Of a stretch of DNA of 64,000 nt, positions 19,338 through 29,114 are shown one piece after another; position 1 is the stretch's first letter, and every line of letters begins with the position of its first letter. The stretch comes from an uncultured delta proteobacterium (GTDB lineage Bacteria > Myxococcota_A > Polyangia > Haliangiales > Haliangiaceae). The position numbers were made by a program, and so were the translations under genes. The stretch lies in NCBI GenBank assembly GCA_963848295.1, contig CAWKDB010000011.1, positions 544,001 to 608,000 of the forward strand, in the 5' to 3' direction. A model generated the notes under the pieces. The model was given only the letters and a program-made list of their open reading frames with translations, made no database searches and was not told the DNA's origin.

Positions 19338-19367
19338 AAAAAAAAGCCCCGCCCGAGAGCCGTGCGG
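19338..19367 (-). terminator. Intrinsic terminator after tRNA-Gly
   Basis: CCGCACG/CGGGCGG hairpin followed by T8. Confidence 0.65.
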
Positions 19368-19417
19368 TTCCCGGTCAGGTTCGATCCTTTGTTTCGATCG
19401 GTTATGTGGGCTGCTCG

Positions 19418-19491
<74 letters not shown>

Positions 19492-19519
19492 GAATCGATC
19501 CGTTGCGTTGTTACGCGCG

Positions 19520-19591
19520 AGCCCTCTCCGAGAATTGAACTCGGGACCCCTTCCTTACCAAGGAAGTGCACTGCCACTGTGCTAAGAGGGC
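19520..19591 (-). tRNA. tRNA-Thr(GGT), no encoded CCA
   Basis: GCCCTCT..TTGGTAA..GTTCAAT..AGAGGGCT. Confidence 0.96.
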
Positions 19592-19630
19592 GGGTTTCTG
19601 AGTCGTTCGGTGCTCCTGCCTGTCGTTTCG

Positions 19631-19714
19631 TGGAGGGAGGTGGATTCGAACCACCGAAGGCGTGAAGCCGGCAGATTTACAGTCTGCTCCCTTTGGCCGC
19701 TCGGGCATCCCTCC
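19631..19714 (-). tRNA. tRNA-Tyr(GTA), long variable arm, no encoded CCA
   Basis: GGAGGGA..CTGTAAA..GTTCGAAT..TCCCTCCA. Confidence 0.97.
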
Positions 19715-19742
19715 GAAACTCTGACGCTGTCTGTTTTCCTCG

Positions 19743-19815
19743 AGCTGGCGGTGGGACTCGAACCCGCGACCTCCTGATTACAAGTCAGGTGCTCTACCAG
19801 TTGAGCTACGCCAGC
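19743..19815 (-). tRNA. tRNA-Thr(TGT), no encoded CCA
   Basis: GCTGGCG..CTTGTAA..GTTCGAG..CGCCAGCT. Confidence 0.97.
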
Positions 19816-19840
19816 AAACGCGGCGTCCGCGAGGCCCAGA

Positions 19841-19870
19841 CGTATAAACGCCCACCTCGATGCTCGTCAA
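19841..19870 (-). promoter_or_regulatory. Putative sigma70 promoter of the tRNA operon
   Basis: TTGACG-N18-TATACG, 25 nt upstream of tRNA-Thr(TGT). Confidence 0.55.
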
Positions 19871-19927
19871 GCGGGACGCTGCGATCGCCTCATTATATAG
19901 CGCGTCCCGCGCGTCCGGACCGCGTGG

Positions 19928-20875
19928 CTAGGTCGAGGCCGGTGCGGGCGGTGCGAACGGCGGCGGCGGCGGCGGCGACGGTAGCGGCGGCGCGAACATC
20001 GGCTGCGCGGGTGGCGGCACATAGACCGGCGCCGGTGCCGCCGGCGGCTCGAGCGGTCGCGCGCCGCCGAACGGGATGCGGACCATGAGGCCGATGCCCG
20101 GCCCGGACTCGATCGGATTGGTCGTCACGGTCTGGTGGACCAAGAGGCTGATCTTGACCGCGTCCGACACCTCGTACTCGACGCCCGCGTGGAGCGTGAC
20201 GTTGAACGGGCCATTTTGGACGTCGGCGTCGCTGTCTGGATCCTGCGTGTAGATCAGGCCCGTGATCGTCGGTTGGTTACGCGCGGTGACGCCGCCGAAC
20301 AGCGTGAGCGGGCCGCTGTGGTAGCTCGGCGTAATGCCGAACGCGAGCGTCGGCACGAGATCGCTGCCGCGATCGGAGTACGTGAAACCGGGCGAGTCGC
20401 AGTTCGTCGAGACACACGTCGTGTACTGGACCCACGGTACCGACCAGAACATCAGCTCGGTCGACACGCCGATCCGCCAGTGCGGGTTCGACGTCGCGAT
20501 CGACCACGCGAAGCCAGTACCCGCCCCGATCACGTCGCTGTCGTGGAGGTTCGGCAGGCTCGCACTGACCGCCTGCCCGGTCGCGGACAAGCCTTGCTCG
20601 TACGCGCCCCAGATCATGCCGCTCGATCCGACCCGGAGCGCGATCTCGCCGCGCAGCTGCGTGCCTGGCACGACGTCGCCCGCTCGCGGGTCACCTGCGG
20701 TCGGAGCCACCATGTCGGCGACGTTGCTCGCACCGAGCCCGAGCTGCCCGACCGATTGCATCGGCTGACCGTCGATCGCCATCGGCGTCGAGTGCGGCAC
20801 GAGCGCGGCGCGATTCTGCGTATAGGTCTGGCAGCCGCAGGCAAGGATCAACGCGAGAGCGACGGACAGACGCAT
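19928..20875 (-). CDS. Hypothetical lipoprotein, beta-strand rich with Pro-rich tail
   Basis: MRLSVALALILACGC lipobox; alternating hydrophobic strands suggest an outer-membrane beta protein. Confidence 0.75.
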   Translation of the reverse strand: MRLSVALALILACGCQTYTQNRAALVPHSTPMAIDGQPMQSVGQLGLGASNVADMVAPTAGDPRAGDVVPGTQLRGEIALRVGSSGMIWGAYEQGLSATGQAVSASLPNLHDSDVIGAGTGFAWSIATSNPHWRIGVSTELMFWSVPWVQYTTCVSTNCDSPGFTYSDRGSDLVPTLAFGITPSYHSGPLTLFGGVTARNQPTITGLIYTQDPDSDADVQNGPFNVTLHAGVEYEVSDAVKISLLVHQTVTTNPIESGPGIGLMVRIPFGGARPLEPPAAPAPVYVPPPAQPMFAPPLPSPPPPPPFAPPAPAST

Positions 20876-20887
20876 GGGCGTTGCCAA

Positions 20888-20903
20888 AGCAAGGGCCGGA
20901 CCA
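20888..20903 (-). promoter_or_regulatory. Putative sigma54 promoter
   Basis: TGGTCCGGCCCTTGCT (GG-N10-GC); predicted +1 falls within ~2 nt of ATG 20875. Confidence 0.55.
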
Positions 20904-20977
20904 CGCGAGGTGCGGTGACGTTGTGCCCACTTGCGCGGCTCGACTCGGCGCGTGATGACCGACCTCGGACAGCGGCG

Positions 20978-22150
20978 TCAGAGGTCCGGCGTCACGTAGT
21001 CGCCGATCGTGTCGCGGCGGAGCATCTCGTCGATCTGCTGGGCCTGGTGCTCGCTGCCTTGGCTCCATCGCGTGTCGACGCCGTAGGCCTTCGCGAGCTC
21101 GACGTTCATGCGATGGCCTTCGAGTGCTTTCTGCAAGTGCTCGCGGACCCGGTCGTGGACCTCGGCGACGTACGTACGCCGGGTCGCCGCGTCGATCCGC
21201 GTCGGATACGGCGCCTTGACCGTCGCCTGCCATAGCTCGACGAAGATCTGCGACATCTGATAGCCCGCGGCGGTCGCCCAGTACGCCTGTTTGAAGTCGA
21301 GGCTGTCGCGCCAGCGATCGTACGCCTCGGCCGCGAGCACGCGCTTGTGATCGAGATCCGCGATCAGCACGTCATCGGGCAGCCGGACCGGCGCTTCGAG
21401 GAATCGGCGGTGCGCGAGCTCGCCGCGATAGTAGTAGGCCATCGCGATGTAATAGGGGTCATCGAGGTGGGGCGCGTCGTGCCACTCGTTGACCGCTTGT
21501 TGCAGCGCACGGTCGGCGTCGTCGTAGCGATCGAGCTCGATCAACGCGTAGCCCTTGCGCGCGTCGGCTTCGATCCGATCGGCGTAGGTCAAGTTCGTGC
21601 GCGCGAGCACCTCGTCGAGCGTGGCGACCGCATCGGCCCAGCCCCCGTGATCGGCCTGGATCGCGGCGATGTAGAGGTGGCCGTCGATCGACTCGCGCGA
21701 GTCGGGGTAGCGCTTGACCAGCTCGCGCAGCGCGTCGACCGTCGCGACCGGGTCGCCGCGGCCATCGAGGATCGCCGCGATATCGAACAGCGAGGTCGGG
21801 GCGTACAGCGACTCGGGGAAGTCATCGGTGATCTCGCGGTAGCGCGCGATCGCGGCATCGCCCCGCCCCGCCTTCGCATCTTCGGTGGCCTGCTTGAACA
21901 GATCGGCGGTCGCGACGTGGTCGAGCTCGACCTCGCCGTTCGGACCTTTCGGCGTCGCGCGAATCCGGATGATGTCGAGATCTATGACGCGGGGATCTTT
22001 TGCCTCGATCGCCGTGCGCTCGGCTGCGGGCGATGGCGTCGCCGGTCGCGCGCTGGAGAGATCTCGCGCGGGCGCGCTGGTCGGCAGGGTCGAATGGGCC
22101 GGCGCGGCTGCACACGCAGCGACGACCGAGACGAGCCACGCGAACCGCAT
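20978..22150 (-). CDS. TPR-repeat lipoprotein
   Basis: MRFAWLVSVVAAC lipobox; TPR turns DDFPESLYA and KRYPDSRES. Confidence 0.85.
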   Translation of the reverse strand: MRFAWLVSVVAACAAAPAHSTLPTSAPARDLSSARPATPSPAAERTAIEAKDPRVIDLDIIRIRATPKGPNGEVELDHVATADLFKQATEDAKAGRGDAAIARYREITDDFPESLYAPTSLFDIAAILDGRGDPVATVDALRELVKRYPDSRESIDGHLYIAAIQADHGGWADAVATLDEVLARTNLTYADRIEADARKGYALIELDRYDDADRALQQAVNEWHDAPHLDDPYYIAMAYYYRGELAHRRFLEAPVRLPDDVLIADLDHKRVLAAEAYDRWRDSLDFKQAYWATAAGYQMSQIFVELWQATVKAPYPTRIDAATRRTYVAEVHDRVREHLQKALEGHRMNVELAKAYGVDTRWSQGSEHQAQQIDEMLRRDTIGDYVTPDL

Positions 22151-22253
22151 ACCTAGTTATGACGCACGTCGGGGCGATTTGTGCGGCGAGCTCGCGCGCT
22201 AGTTTTGCTTGACGGATACCCCTGTCACACCGTCTTGTTAGCGTTCGAATCGC

Positions 22254-24548
22254 ATGAAGGTCGCGTTCACACATAACCTCCGCATCACCGACGTTCGCGA
22301 CTCCGAAAAAGAAGCGGAGTACGACAGCGCCGACACCGTCAACGCGATCGCGACCGCGATCGAAGCGGCCGGCCACGAGGTGGAGCGCATCGAGGCCTCG
22401 GGCCCGGCGTCGAACCTGCTCGATCGCCTCGAAGCGATCGATCCCGACCTGATCTTCAACACCGCCGAAGGCGATCGCGGCCGGATGCGCGAAGCGTTCT
22501 ACCCTGCACTCTTTGAAGAGCTCGGGATCCCGTACACGGGATCGGACGCGTACACGGACGCGATCACGCTCGACAAGTGGCTGACCAAGCTCATCGTCAA
22601 CAAGGCTGGGGTCGACACCGCGCGCGGCGTGCTGGTCACCGTCCGCAACTTCGACCAGATCCTCGAGCGCGGCGCCGGCCTCGCGTTCCCGGTGATCGTC
22701 AAGCCGAACTACGAAGGCTCGAGCAAGGGGATCTACAATCTATCTCCCGGCAACGGCGCGCTCGGCTCGTCGGTGATCAAGGAGCCGAAGGAGCTCGCGG
22801 CGACACTCAAGGCCGCGCTGCGCGCGTATCCCGACGGCGTGCTGATCGAGGAGTACATCGATGGCAGCGACGTCGCCGTCGGCTTCATCGACGGGATCGG
22901 CCACGACGACGGCCTGCTCACACCGGTCGAGCTGATCTACGAGGCGAGCGACAAGCCATTCAACATCTACGACTATCGGCTCAAGAACCTCGAGCCCGGC
23001 AAGGTCCAGTACCGGTGCCCGGCGAACCTGCCGCGCGATGTCGCGGCGCGGTTGCGCCAGATCTCGACCGAGGTCGTGCGCGCGCTCGGCCTGCGCGATG
23101 TGGCGCGGCTCGACTATCGGGTGACCACCGAGGGCCGGATCTACTTGCTCGAGGTCAACGCGCTGCCGTCGCTCGCGGCGGGCTCGTCGCTGTTCGCGGC
23201 GACCGCGCAGCTCGGCATGACCTTCGGCGCCACGATCGCGGCGATCCTGAACGCGGCGGCGTTGCGCTCGGGCCTGGCGACCGCGAGCCAGCTCGGGGTC
23301 ACCAAGCAGCGCAAGGCGCAGCCGATTCGCGTCGGCTTCACCTACAACGTCAAGCGCACGAAGGCGACCGACGACGAGGCCGAGTGGGATCCGCCCGAGA
23401 CGATCATCGCGATCGCGAACGCGCTCGCGCGCCAAGGCCACATCGTCGTCCACCTCGAAGCGACGCCGGACTTGCCGAGGGTGCTCGCCGAAGCCGACGT
23501 CGACCTGATCTTCAACATCGCCGAGGGCGTCGAAGGCCGCAACCGCGAGGCGCAAGTGCCGGCGCTGTGCGAGCTGCTCGGCATCCCCTACACCGGCAGC
23601 GACTCGGCGACGCTCGCGATCGCGCTCGACAAGGCGCTCGGCAAGAAGGTGCTGCTCCAGCACGACATCCTGACGCCGGCGTTCCAGGTGATGGAGAGCT
23701 CGCGCGAGCGGCTATCGCCCGAGATGCGGTTCCCGCTGATCGTCAAGCCGAACGCCGAGGGCTCGAGCAAGGGCATCGGCTCGACCAGCGTGTGCGACAA
23801 CGAGGAAGAGCTGCGCGCTGCGGTGAAAGAAGTCGTCGAGCGCTACCGCCAGCCGGCGCTCGTCGAGGAGTACATCGCCGGCCGCGAGTTCACGGTCGGC
23901 CTACTCGGCGACAAGCGGCCGCGCGTGCTGCCGCCGATGGAGATCCGGTTCAAGAAGGACAACCCGCGCCCGGTCTACGACTACGCGGTCAAGCAAGAGT
24001 GGGAAGACCACGTGTATTACGAGTGCCCGGCGAAGCTGACCGAGGCCGAGCAGAAGGCGATGGAGAAGATCGCGCGCGCCACGTTCTGGGCGCTCGACTG
24101 TCGGGACGTCGCGCGGGTCGACTTGCGGATGGACGCCGAGGGCAAGATCTACGTGCTCGAGGTCAACCCGCTGCCCGGCCTGACGCCGGGCTACTCCGAT
24201 CTCGTGCTGATCGCGAAGGCGTGCGGGATGGAATACGACCAGCTGATCGCCGAGATCATGACCGGCGGTCTGCGCCGGATGCGCGACAAGCGGCGGGAAG
24301 AGCGCGAGCTCGAGCGCGAGACGAAGGCCGGCGCGCCCGCTGCTGCAGCGGCGGCGGCGAAGGAAGAGAAGGACAAGGCCAAGCGGGTCGCGAAGCTGCC
24401 GACCGTGGTCGCCGGTGGCCATGCGGTCGCGGCCGTCGAAGCGGCCCCGGTCCGGGTCAAGCGCGAGCGCAGCGAGCCGGTGCCGCGCGCTCAGAGCGAG
24501 AGCGAGCCGGTCGATCCGCCGATCGTCACGCCGACGACGACGAACTGA
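22254..24548 (+). CDS. Tandem (two-domain) D-Ala-D-Ala-ligase-like ATP-grasp protein
   Basis: Two full copies of FNxAEG..GIPYTGSD..FPxIVKPNxEGSSKGI..EEYI..RxDxR..LEVNxLP. Confidence 0.92.
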   Translation: MKVAFTHNLRITDVRDSEKEAEYDSADTVNAIATAIEAAGHEVERIEASGPASNLLDRLEAIDPDLIFNTAEGDRGRMREAFYPALFEELGIPYTGSDAYTDAITLDKWLTKLIVNKAGVDTARGVLVTVRNFDQILERGAGLAFPVIVKPNYEGSSKGIYNLSPGNGALGSSVIKEPKELAATLKAALRAYPDGVLIEEYIDGSDVAVGFIDGIGHDDGLLTPVELIYEASDKPFNIYDYRLKNLEPGKVQYRCPANLPRDVAARLRQISTEVVRALGLRDVARLDYRVTTEGRIYLLEVNALPSLAAGSSLFAATAQLGMTFGATIAAILNAAALRSGLATASQLGVTKQRKAQPIRVGFTYNVKRTKATDDEAEWDPPETIIAIANALARQGHIVVHLEATPDLPRVLAEADVDLIFNIAEGVEGRNREAQVPALCELLGIPYTGSDSATLAIALDKALGKKVLLQHDILTPAFQVMESSRERLSPEMRFPLIVKPNAEGSSKGIGSTSVCDNEEELRAAVKEVVERYRQPALVEEYIAGREFTVGLLGDKRPRVLPPMEIRFKKDNPRPVYDYAVKQEWEDHVYYECPAKLTEAEQKAMEKIARATFWALDCRDVARVDLRMDAEGKIYVLEVNPLPGLTPGYSDLVLIAKACGMEYDQLIAEIMTGGLRRMRDKRREERELERETKAGAPAAAAAAAKEEKDKAKRVAKLPTVVAGGHAVAAVEAAPVRVKRERSEPVPRAQSESEPVDPPIVTPTTTN

Positions 24549-24619
24549 TTCGACGAAGCCGGCCGGTGGCCGATCGTATTTCGAGCAGCGGCCAGCGCGG
24601 CTCGCTATGCTCATCGGCG

Positions 24620-25113
24620 GTGAGTGAAACGCCCGAGGCGTCGCTTGGACTGAAGTCGGCGAGACTGCGCCAGACAGCTCCGACGAAGATCGTGAGCTGG
24701 GTCGTGCTGCTCGCGTTGTTCACCGCGCTGGCAACCGCGTTCCAGGGCGGCAGAGACGCGAAGATCGCGGGCGAGCTCGCGCTCGCGATCTTTGTCGGTT
24801 TGGTCGTTCTGATCGCCGTCATGGCGAGGCGCTTCCGCCGCCAATGGCGACAGTTCGCAGCCGACAACGCGACCGGCGCAGCCGCGCTCGCCCGCGGCGA
24901 CCTCGCGATCGCGCGCGACATCTTTTTGCGCTGGGGGTCGAAGACCCGGATTCCCAGAACCTCCGCGTTCGCCCGCCACAATCTCGGTCAGACGCTGATG
25001 CGCCAGGGTTAGCTGCAAGAGGCGGCCGACATCCTCGCCGACAACCACGCTGGCAATCACAAGTCGCTGGCCGCCGTGATGCTGCTCCCCGTCAGCGCGG
25101 TGACCATCGCTAG
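24620..25113 (+). pseudogene. Membrane-anchored TPR protein interrupted by in-frame TAG (25010-25012) and apparently truncated
   Basis: GTG 24620, two TM helices, HNLGQTLMRQG*LQEAADIL continues the TPR pattern across the stop; 3' end approximate. Confidence 0.55.
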
Positions 25114-25215
25114 GGGCCGGCGCAGCGACGCGCATCCGTTCCGCGCTTCTCTCGGTCGGGCTCGGGCTGGACCCGATTGGCCGTCTTGTGACCGAGCGCG
25201 CTATGCTGGGCTGGG

Positions 25216-26697
25216 ATGAAGGTCGCGACGCGAATCACGGCTGCGACCGCCGTCGTGGTCGCGATCGCGGCCGCGGCGTACGCGACGTTCGACCTGCGCG
25301 GCCGCGCGACCGAGCGCCGACTCGGACTCGATCGCGAGGCGCGCTCGGTGGCGAGCACGTTGCGCGCTACGATCGAGCCGATGGCCTCGGCGTTTCGCAC
25401 GCCGACCGACGCGCAGCTCGCCGACTTCGCGCGCGCGACCAACGGCTGGAAGGTCGCGGTGATCCCGCGCGGACGAGCGGCCGATGGCACCGACCTGACG
25501 CCCGGCGAGCTGCGCCGCGTCCGCACGATGATCGATGTGCCGCAACCGAGGTCAGAGCTCGCCGGCGACACCTATTTCTACGATCTCGCGCTGCGCGCCG
25601 GACCGTCGAACGCAGAGCCCGCCGTGCTCGGCATGCTCGAGATCAGCCGCAAAGGCGACGTGCTCGAGACCACGAGCGACGACTTGTTGCGAGCGGGCGC
25701 ACTCGTGATGCTGATCGTCGCGGTGACGACGGTCGTCGTCGGCGCGCTCGCGAGCCGGCTCGTGTCGCGGCCGATCACGAAGCTGCTGACCGGCATCGAC
25801 GATGTCGCGAAGGGCGACTTGTCGCACGTGATCCTGTCCGAGCGTGACGACGAGATCGGCCAGATCGCGACGCGGTTCAACGACATGACGTTCTCGTTGC
25901 GCGAGTCACGCGGTGAGACCCAGCGCCAGAACGAAGCGAAGCTCGCGCTCGAACAGCGCCTCGGCCAGACCGAGAAGCTAGCGACGATCGGCCAGCTCGC
26001 GGCGGAGATCGCGCACGAGGTCGGCACCCCGCTCAACGTGATCGCCGGTCGCGCCCGCTCGATCCAGAAAAAATCGCGCGACCAGGAAGCGGTCGAGAAG
26101 AACGCCGAGATCGTCGCGGAGCAGACCGCGCGGATCACGCGCATCATCCAACGCCTGCTCGACTTCACGCGGCGCAAGGTCGGCGCGATCGGCAAGGCCG
26201 ACATCAACCTCAACGAGCTGTCGCTTACGACGATGGAGCTGCTCTCCGGGCAATTCTCGAGCGCGAAGGTCAAGACCCGGCTCGAGCGCGCCGAAGGTCT
26301 ACCGCGCGTCGCCGGCGACTCCGATCGCTTGCAGCAGGTCATGATCAACCTGCTGCTCAATGCGGTGCAAGCGATGCCCGAAGGTGGTGCGCTCGCGCTC
26401 GAGACCAAGGTCGTCCGCCGCGCCCGGCCTGGCCTCGAGGGTGGCGCCGAGCAGGCGTTCGTCACCTTCGCGGTGTCCGACACCGGAGTCGGCATCCCCG
26501 CCGACATCAAAGACAAGATCTTCGACCCGTTCTACACCACGAAGGAAGGCACCGGCGGCACCGGCCTAGGCCTCGCGGTGTGCTCGGGCATCGTCAAAGA
26601 GCACGACGGCTGGATCGATCTCGAAGACGTCAGAGGCGGCGGCACCGTCTTCCGCGTCTACCTCCCGGCCGGGGACGCTGTCTCTTCTGTCAACTAA
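25216..26697 (+). CDS. HAMP-domain sensor histidine kinase (NtrB-like)
   Basis: Two TMs, HAMP, H-box IAHEVGTPL, NLLLNA, DTGVGI, FYTTK, GTGLGL. Confidence 0.96.
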   Translation: MKVATRITAATAVVVAIAAAAYATFDLRGRATERRLGLDREARSVASTLRATIEPMASAFRTPTDAQLADFARATNGWKVAVIPRGRAADGTDLTPGELRRVRTMIDVPQPRSELAGDTYFYDLALRAGPSNAEPAVLGMLEISRKGDVLETTSDDLLRAGALVMLIVAVTTVVVGALASRLVSRPITKLLTGIDDVAKGDLSHVILSERDDEIGQIATRFNDMTFSLRESRGETQRQNEAKLALEQRLGQTEKLATIGQLAAEIAHEVGTPLNVIAGRARSIQKKSRDQEAVEKNAEIVAEQTARITRIIQRLLDFTRRKVGAIGKADINLNELSLTTMELLSGQFSSAKVKTRLERAEGLPRVAGDSDRLQQVMINLLLNAVQAMPEGGALALETKVVRRARPGLEGGAEQAFVTFAVSDTGVGIPADIKDKIFDPFYTTKEGTGGTGLGLAVCSGIVKEHDGWIDLEDVRGGGTVFRVYLPAGDAVSSVN

Positions 26698-26769
26698 CGG
26701 TCGCGCGCCCCTACGCTAACTCCAGTCGCAGCGCGGAGTTTCCTGGGGACGCTGTCACTATTGTCAACT
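26671..26769. repeat. Pair of 25-bp imperfect direct repeats (REP-like) around a hairpin
   Basis: GGGGACGCTGTCTCTTCTGTCAACT (26671-26695) and GGGGACGCTGTCACTATTGTCAACT (26745-26769); AACTCC/GGAGTT between them. Confidence 0.8.
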
Positions 26770-26798
26770 TGTTGCGCAGGCTGAGCAACCGCCGCCCC

Positions 26799-29114
26799 TC
26801 AGTCGTCCACGATGATCCGGCCCTCGCCATAGGCCTGGCCGCCGGACAGCGCGGTCACGTTGCGCTCGGTGTTCGCATCGAGCTCGACACCGCGGTTGCG
26901 CAGCATGTTCGCCGCGTTCTGGCGGGTCCCTTGTGCGGCGTTCGGGTTATCGACGATCTGCTCGAGCGTCTCGTCGACCTCCGTGCCGCCGTTGTACGAG
27001 TTGCCGATCGCGCTGTTCGCGATCTGCTCGTCGCTATCTAGCATCATCTGCGCGAGCTCTTGGCCGGCGCGCGGGTCGTCGAGCTGGCCGAGGCTGCTGA
27101 TCGCGGTGACGCGCTCTTCGGTCGTGCCGTGGCTCGCCGCATCGAGGATCGCCTCCTGGGCGCGCTCGGACCCGAGCTGGCCGAGGGTAGACATCGCGGC
27201 CGAGCGCACGCTCGGATCGCTGTCGTGCGTCATCTTGAGCAGCGTATCGGTCGACTCGTCGGTGGGGTTCTGGCCCAGCGTCTGGACCGCCGCCATCCGC
27301 ATGTTCGGCTCGGTCGAAGCGAGCGCGCGGTCGATCAGCTTGCGCGCTTCGGGCGTGCCCGAGGATGCGAGCGCCCACATCATGCTGCCGGCGGCGTTCT
27401 GATCCTTCGCGCTGATCGCGTCGTCGGCGAGCTTGAGCCCTTCAGGGGCCCCGGCGTTGATCAGCTGGTTCGCGATCTGGCCACGCAGCCCGGGGTTGTT
27501 CGCAGCCGCCGACAAGAGCGCCTGCTTGACGGTGTCGTTGAGCCCACCTTGCGCGAGCGCGTTCGCCGCCTCCTGCGCGAGCTCTTGGTTCTTGCCGGTC
27601 AGGGCGGTGACGAGCGCGGTCCGCGCGTCGTCGGTGCCGATCCGGCCGAGCGTGTTCGCGGCTTGCGCTTGCTCGTCGCGCCGCCCCGAGAACAACGCAT
27701 CGGCGAGCATCTGGTTGACCGCGGGGTCCGACGGGTGAGTCTGCGCGAGCAGCTCGAGCGCTTGCGATCGCGTCTGGCCGCGCTCCTTCCCGGCGATGTC
27801 GATCAGCGCGTCGAAGCCTTGTTGAGCACCAGAATCGGCGAGCACGCGCATGACTTCGAACTTGTCGTTCCGCGAGCCGTTCTTTGCGAGGTCGATCGCG
27901 AGCGCGAACGCGTCGGGGTTGCCGGCCTTGAGCAGGCGCGGCAGGACGGCGCGGCGCTCGGCGGTCGTGCCTTGCTTGAGCACGCTGACCAGCGCGGCGT
28001 CGATGTCATCGCCTTGCAGGGTCGCGAGCTGAGCGAGCGCGCCGGTGGGCTCGCCGCGGTCGGACATCGCGACTTCGATCAGCAGCGCGCGCGCTTTCGC
28101 GCCGCCGAGGCCCGCCAGCACCTGCGCGGCGACCTGCGCGGCCTGGCGATCGCCGGTCTTGAGCACCTCGCCGAGCAGATCGATCGCGTCGTCGCCGCCG
28201 ATCTCTCCGATCGCACTGACCGCGGTCCACCGCGTCTGCTGGCCACCGTGCAACGCCGCTTCGCGCAGCACCGGCAACGCCGCTGCACCGGCCTTGCCGA
28301 GCGCGGCCAGAGCGCCGTTGACGAGTTGCGGATCGCCCGAGTGCACGACGTTCGAAAGCTTGTCGAGCAGCGCGTCATCGACCGTGTCGATCTGACCGAG
28401 CGCGAGCGCCGCGATCCGCGTGTCGGGCGCATCGATCAGCGCGAGCACCGCTTTGCGCGACATCGGGCTCGCGACCGCGCCGAGCGCGCTGACCGCGGCC
28501 GAGGCGACCGTGAAGTCCTGGTTCTTCGTCAGCTCGATCAGCTTGGCGGTGGCGCGATCGGTGCCGAGCTGGCCGAGCGCCGCGACCGTGGTCGTCTGCG
28601 CCGGATCGGTGGCCTTGTCGGCCAGCGCGAGCAACAGCTCTTCGGCCTTCGCGCTGTGCGTCGCGCCGAGCGCGTAGATCGCTGCGCCGCGGACCGACAC
28701 GCGATCGTCGGCGAGCGTTTCGGCGAGCACCTCGACCGCGCGCTGCGTCGCGATCTGCCCGAACGCCGCGAGTAGCGCCTCGGGCACGCCGCGGCGCGCG
28801 TCGGCGAGCATCGGCCGGAGGCTCTCGACCGCCTCGTCATCGCCGACCGCGCCCAGCTTGTCCGCGAGGATCATGACATCGCGCACGGTCGCGGCCGACT
28901 GGATCCGGGCGATGAGATCGGCTTGCGAGACGCCGATCGCCGAGGCGGGAACGCGGATCGGCCGGCGGAGCTGGAGCGGCAAGGCTTCGCGGGGCGCATC
29001 GGCGAGCGCGGCAGGAGCGTCCTGATGGCCGGCGCGACGAGCGCGCACGGTGGCCACTCCGGCAACCGCCGCAAACAGGGCACACGCTAGCTTCCAGCGG
29101 GATAAGGTGGTCAA
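26799..29114 (-). CDS. Exported or membrane-anchored HEAT/PBS-lyase repeat protein
   Basis: TTG start with AAGGAG SD; N-terminal hydrophobic segment; many VRxAAxxALG repeats. Confidence 0.9.
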   Translation of the reverse strand: MTTLSRWKLACALFAAVAGVATVRARRAGHQDAPAALADAPREALPLQLRRPIRVPASAIGVSQADLIARIQSAATVRDVMILADKLGAVGDDEAVESLRPMLADARRGVPEALLAAFGQIATQRAVEVLAETLADDRVSVRGAAIYALGATHSAKAEELLLALADKATDPAQTTTVAALGQLGTDRATAKLIELTKNQDFTVASAAVSALGAVASPMSRKAVLALIDAPDTRIAALALGQIDTVDDALLDKLSNVVHSGDPQLVNGALAALGKAGAAALPVLREAALHGGQQTRWTAVSAIGEIGGDDAIDLLGEVLKTGDRQAAQVAAQVLAGLGGAKARALLIEVAMSDRGEPTGALAQLATLQGDDIDAALVSVLKQGTTAERRAVLPRLLKAGNPDAFALAIDLAKNGSRNDKFEVMRVLADSGAQQGFDALIDIAGKERGQTRSQALELLAQTHPSDPAVNQMLADALFSGRRDEQAQAANTLGRIGTDDARTALVTALTGKNQELAQEAANALAQGGLNDTVKQALLSAAANNPGLRGQIANQLINAGAPEGLKLADDAISAKDQNAAGSMMWALASSGTPEARKLIDRALASTEPNMRMAAVQTLGQNPTDESTDTLLKMTHDSDPSVRSAAMSTLGQLGSERAQEAILDAASHGTTEERVTAISSLGQLDDPRAGQELAQMMLDSDEQIANSAIGNSYNGGTEVDETLEQIVDNPNAAQGTRQNAANMLRNRGVELDANTERNVTALSGGQAYGEGRIIVDD

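Noticed and set aside
26671..26769. Possible mini-CRISPR (repeat-spacer-repeat)
   Set aside because: Only two imperfect repeats, structured spacer, no leader or cas genes
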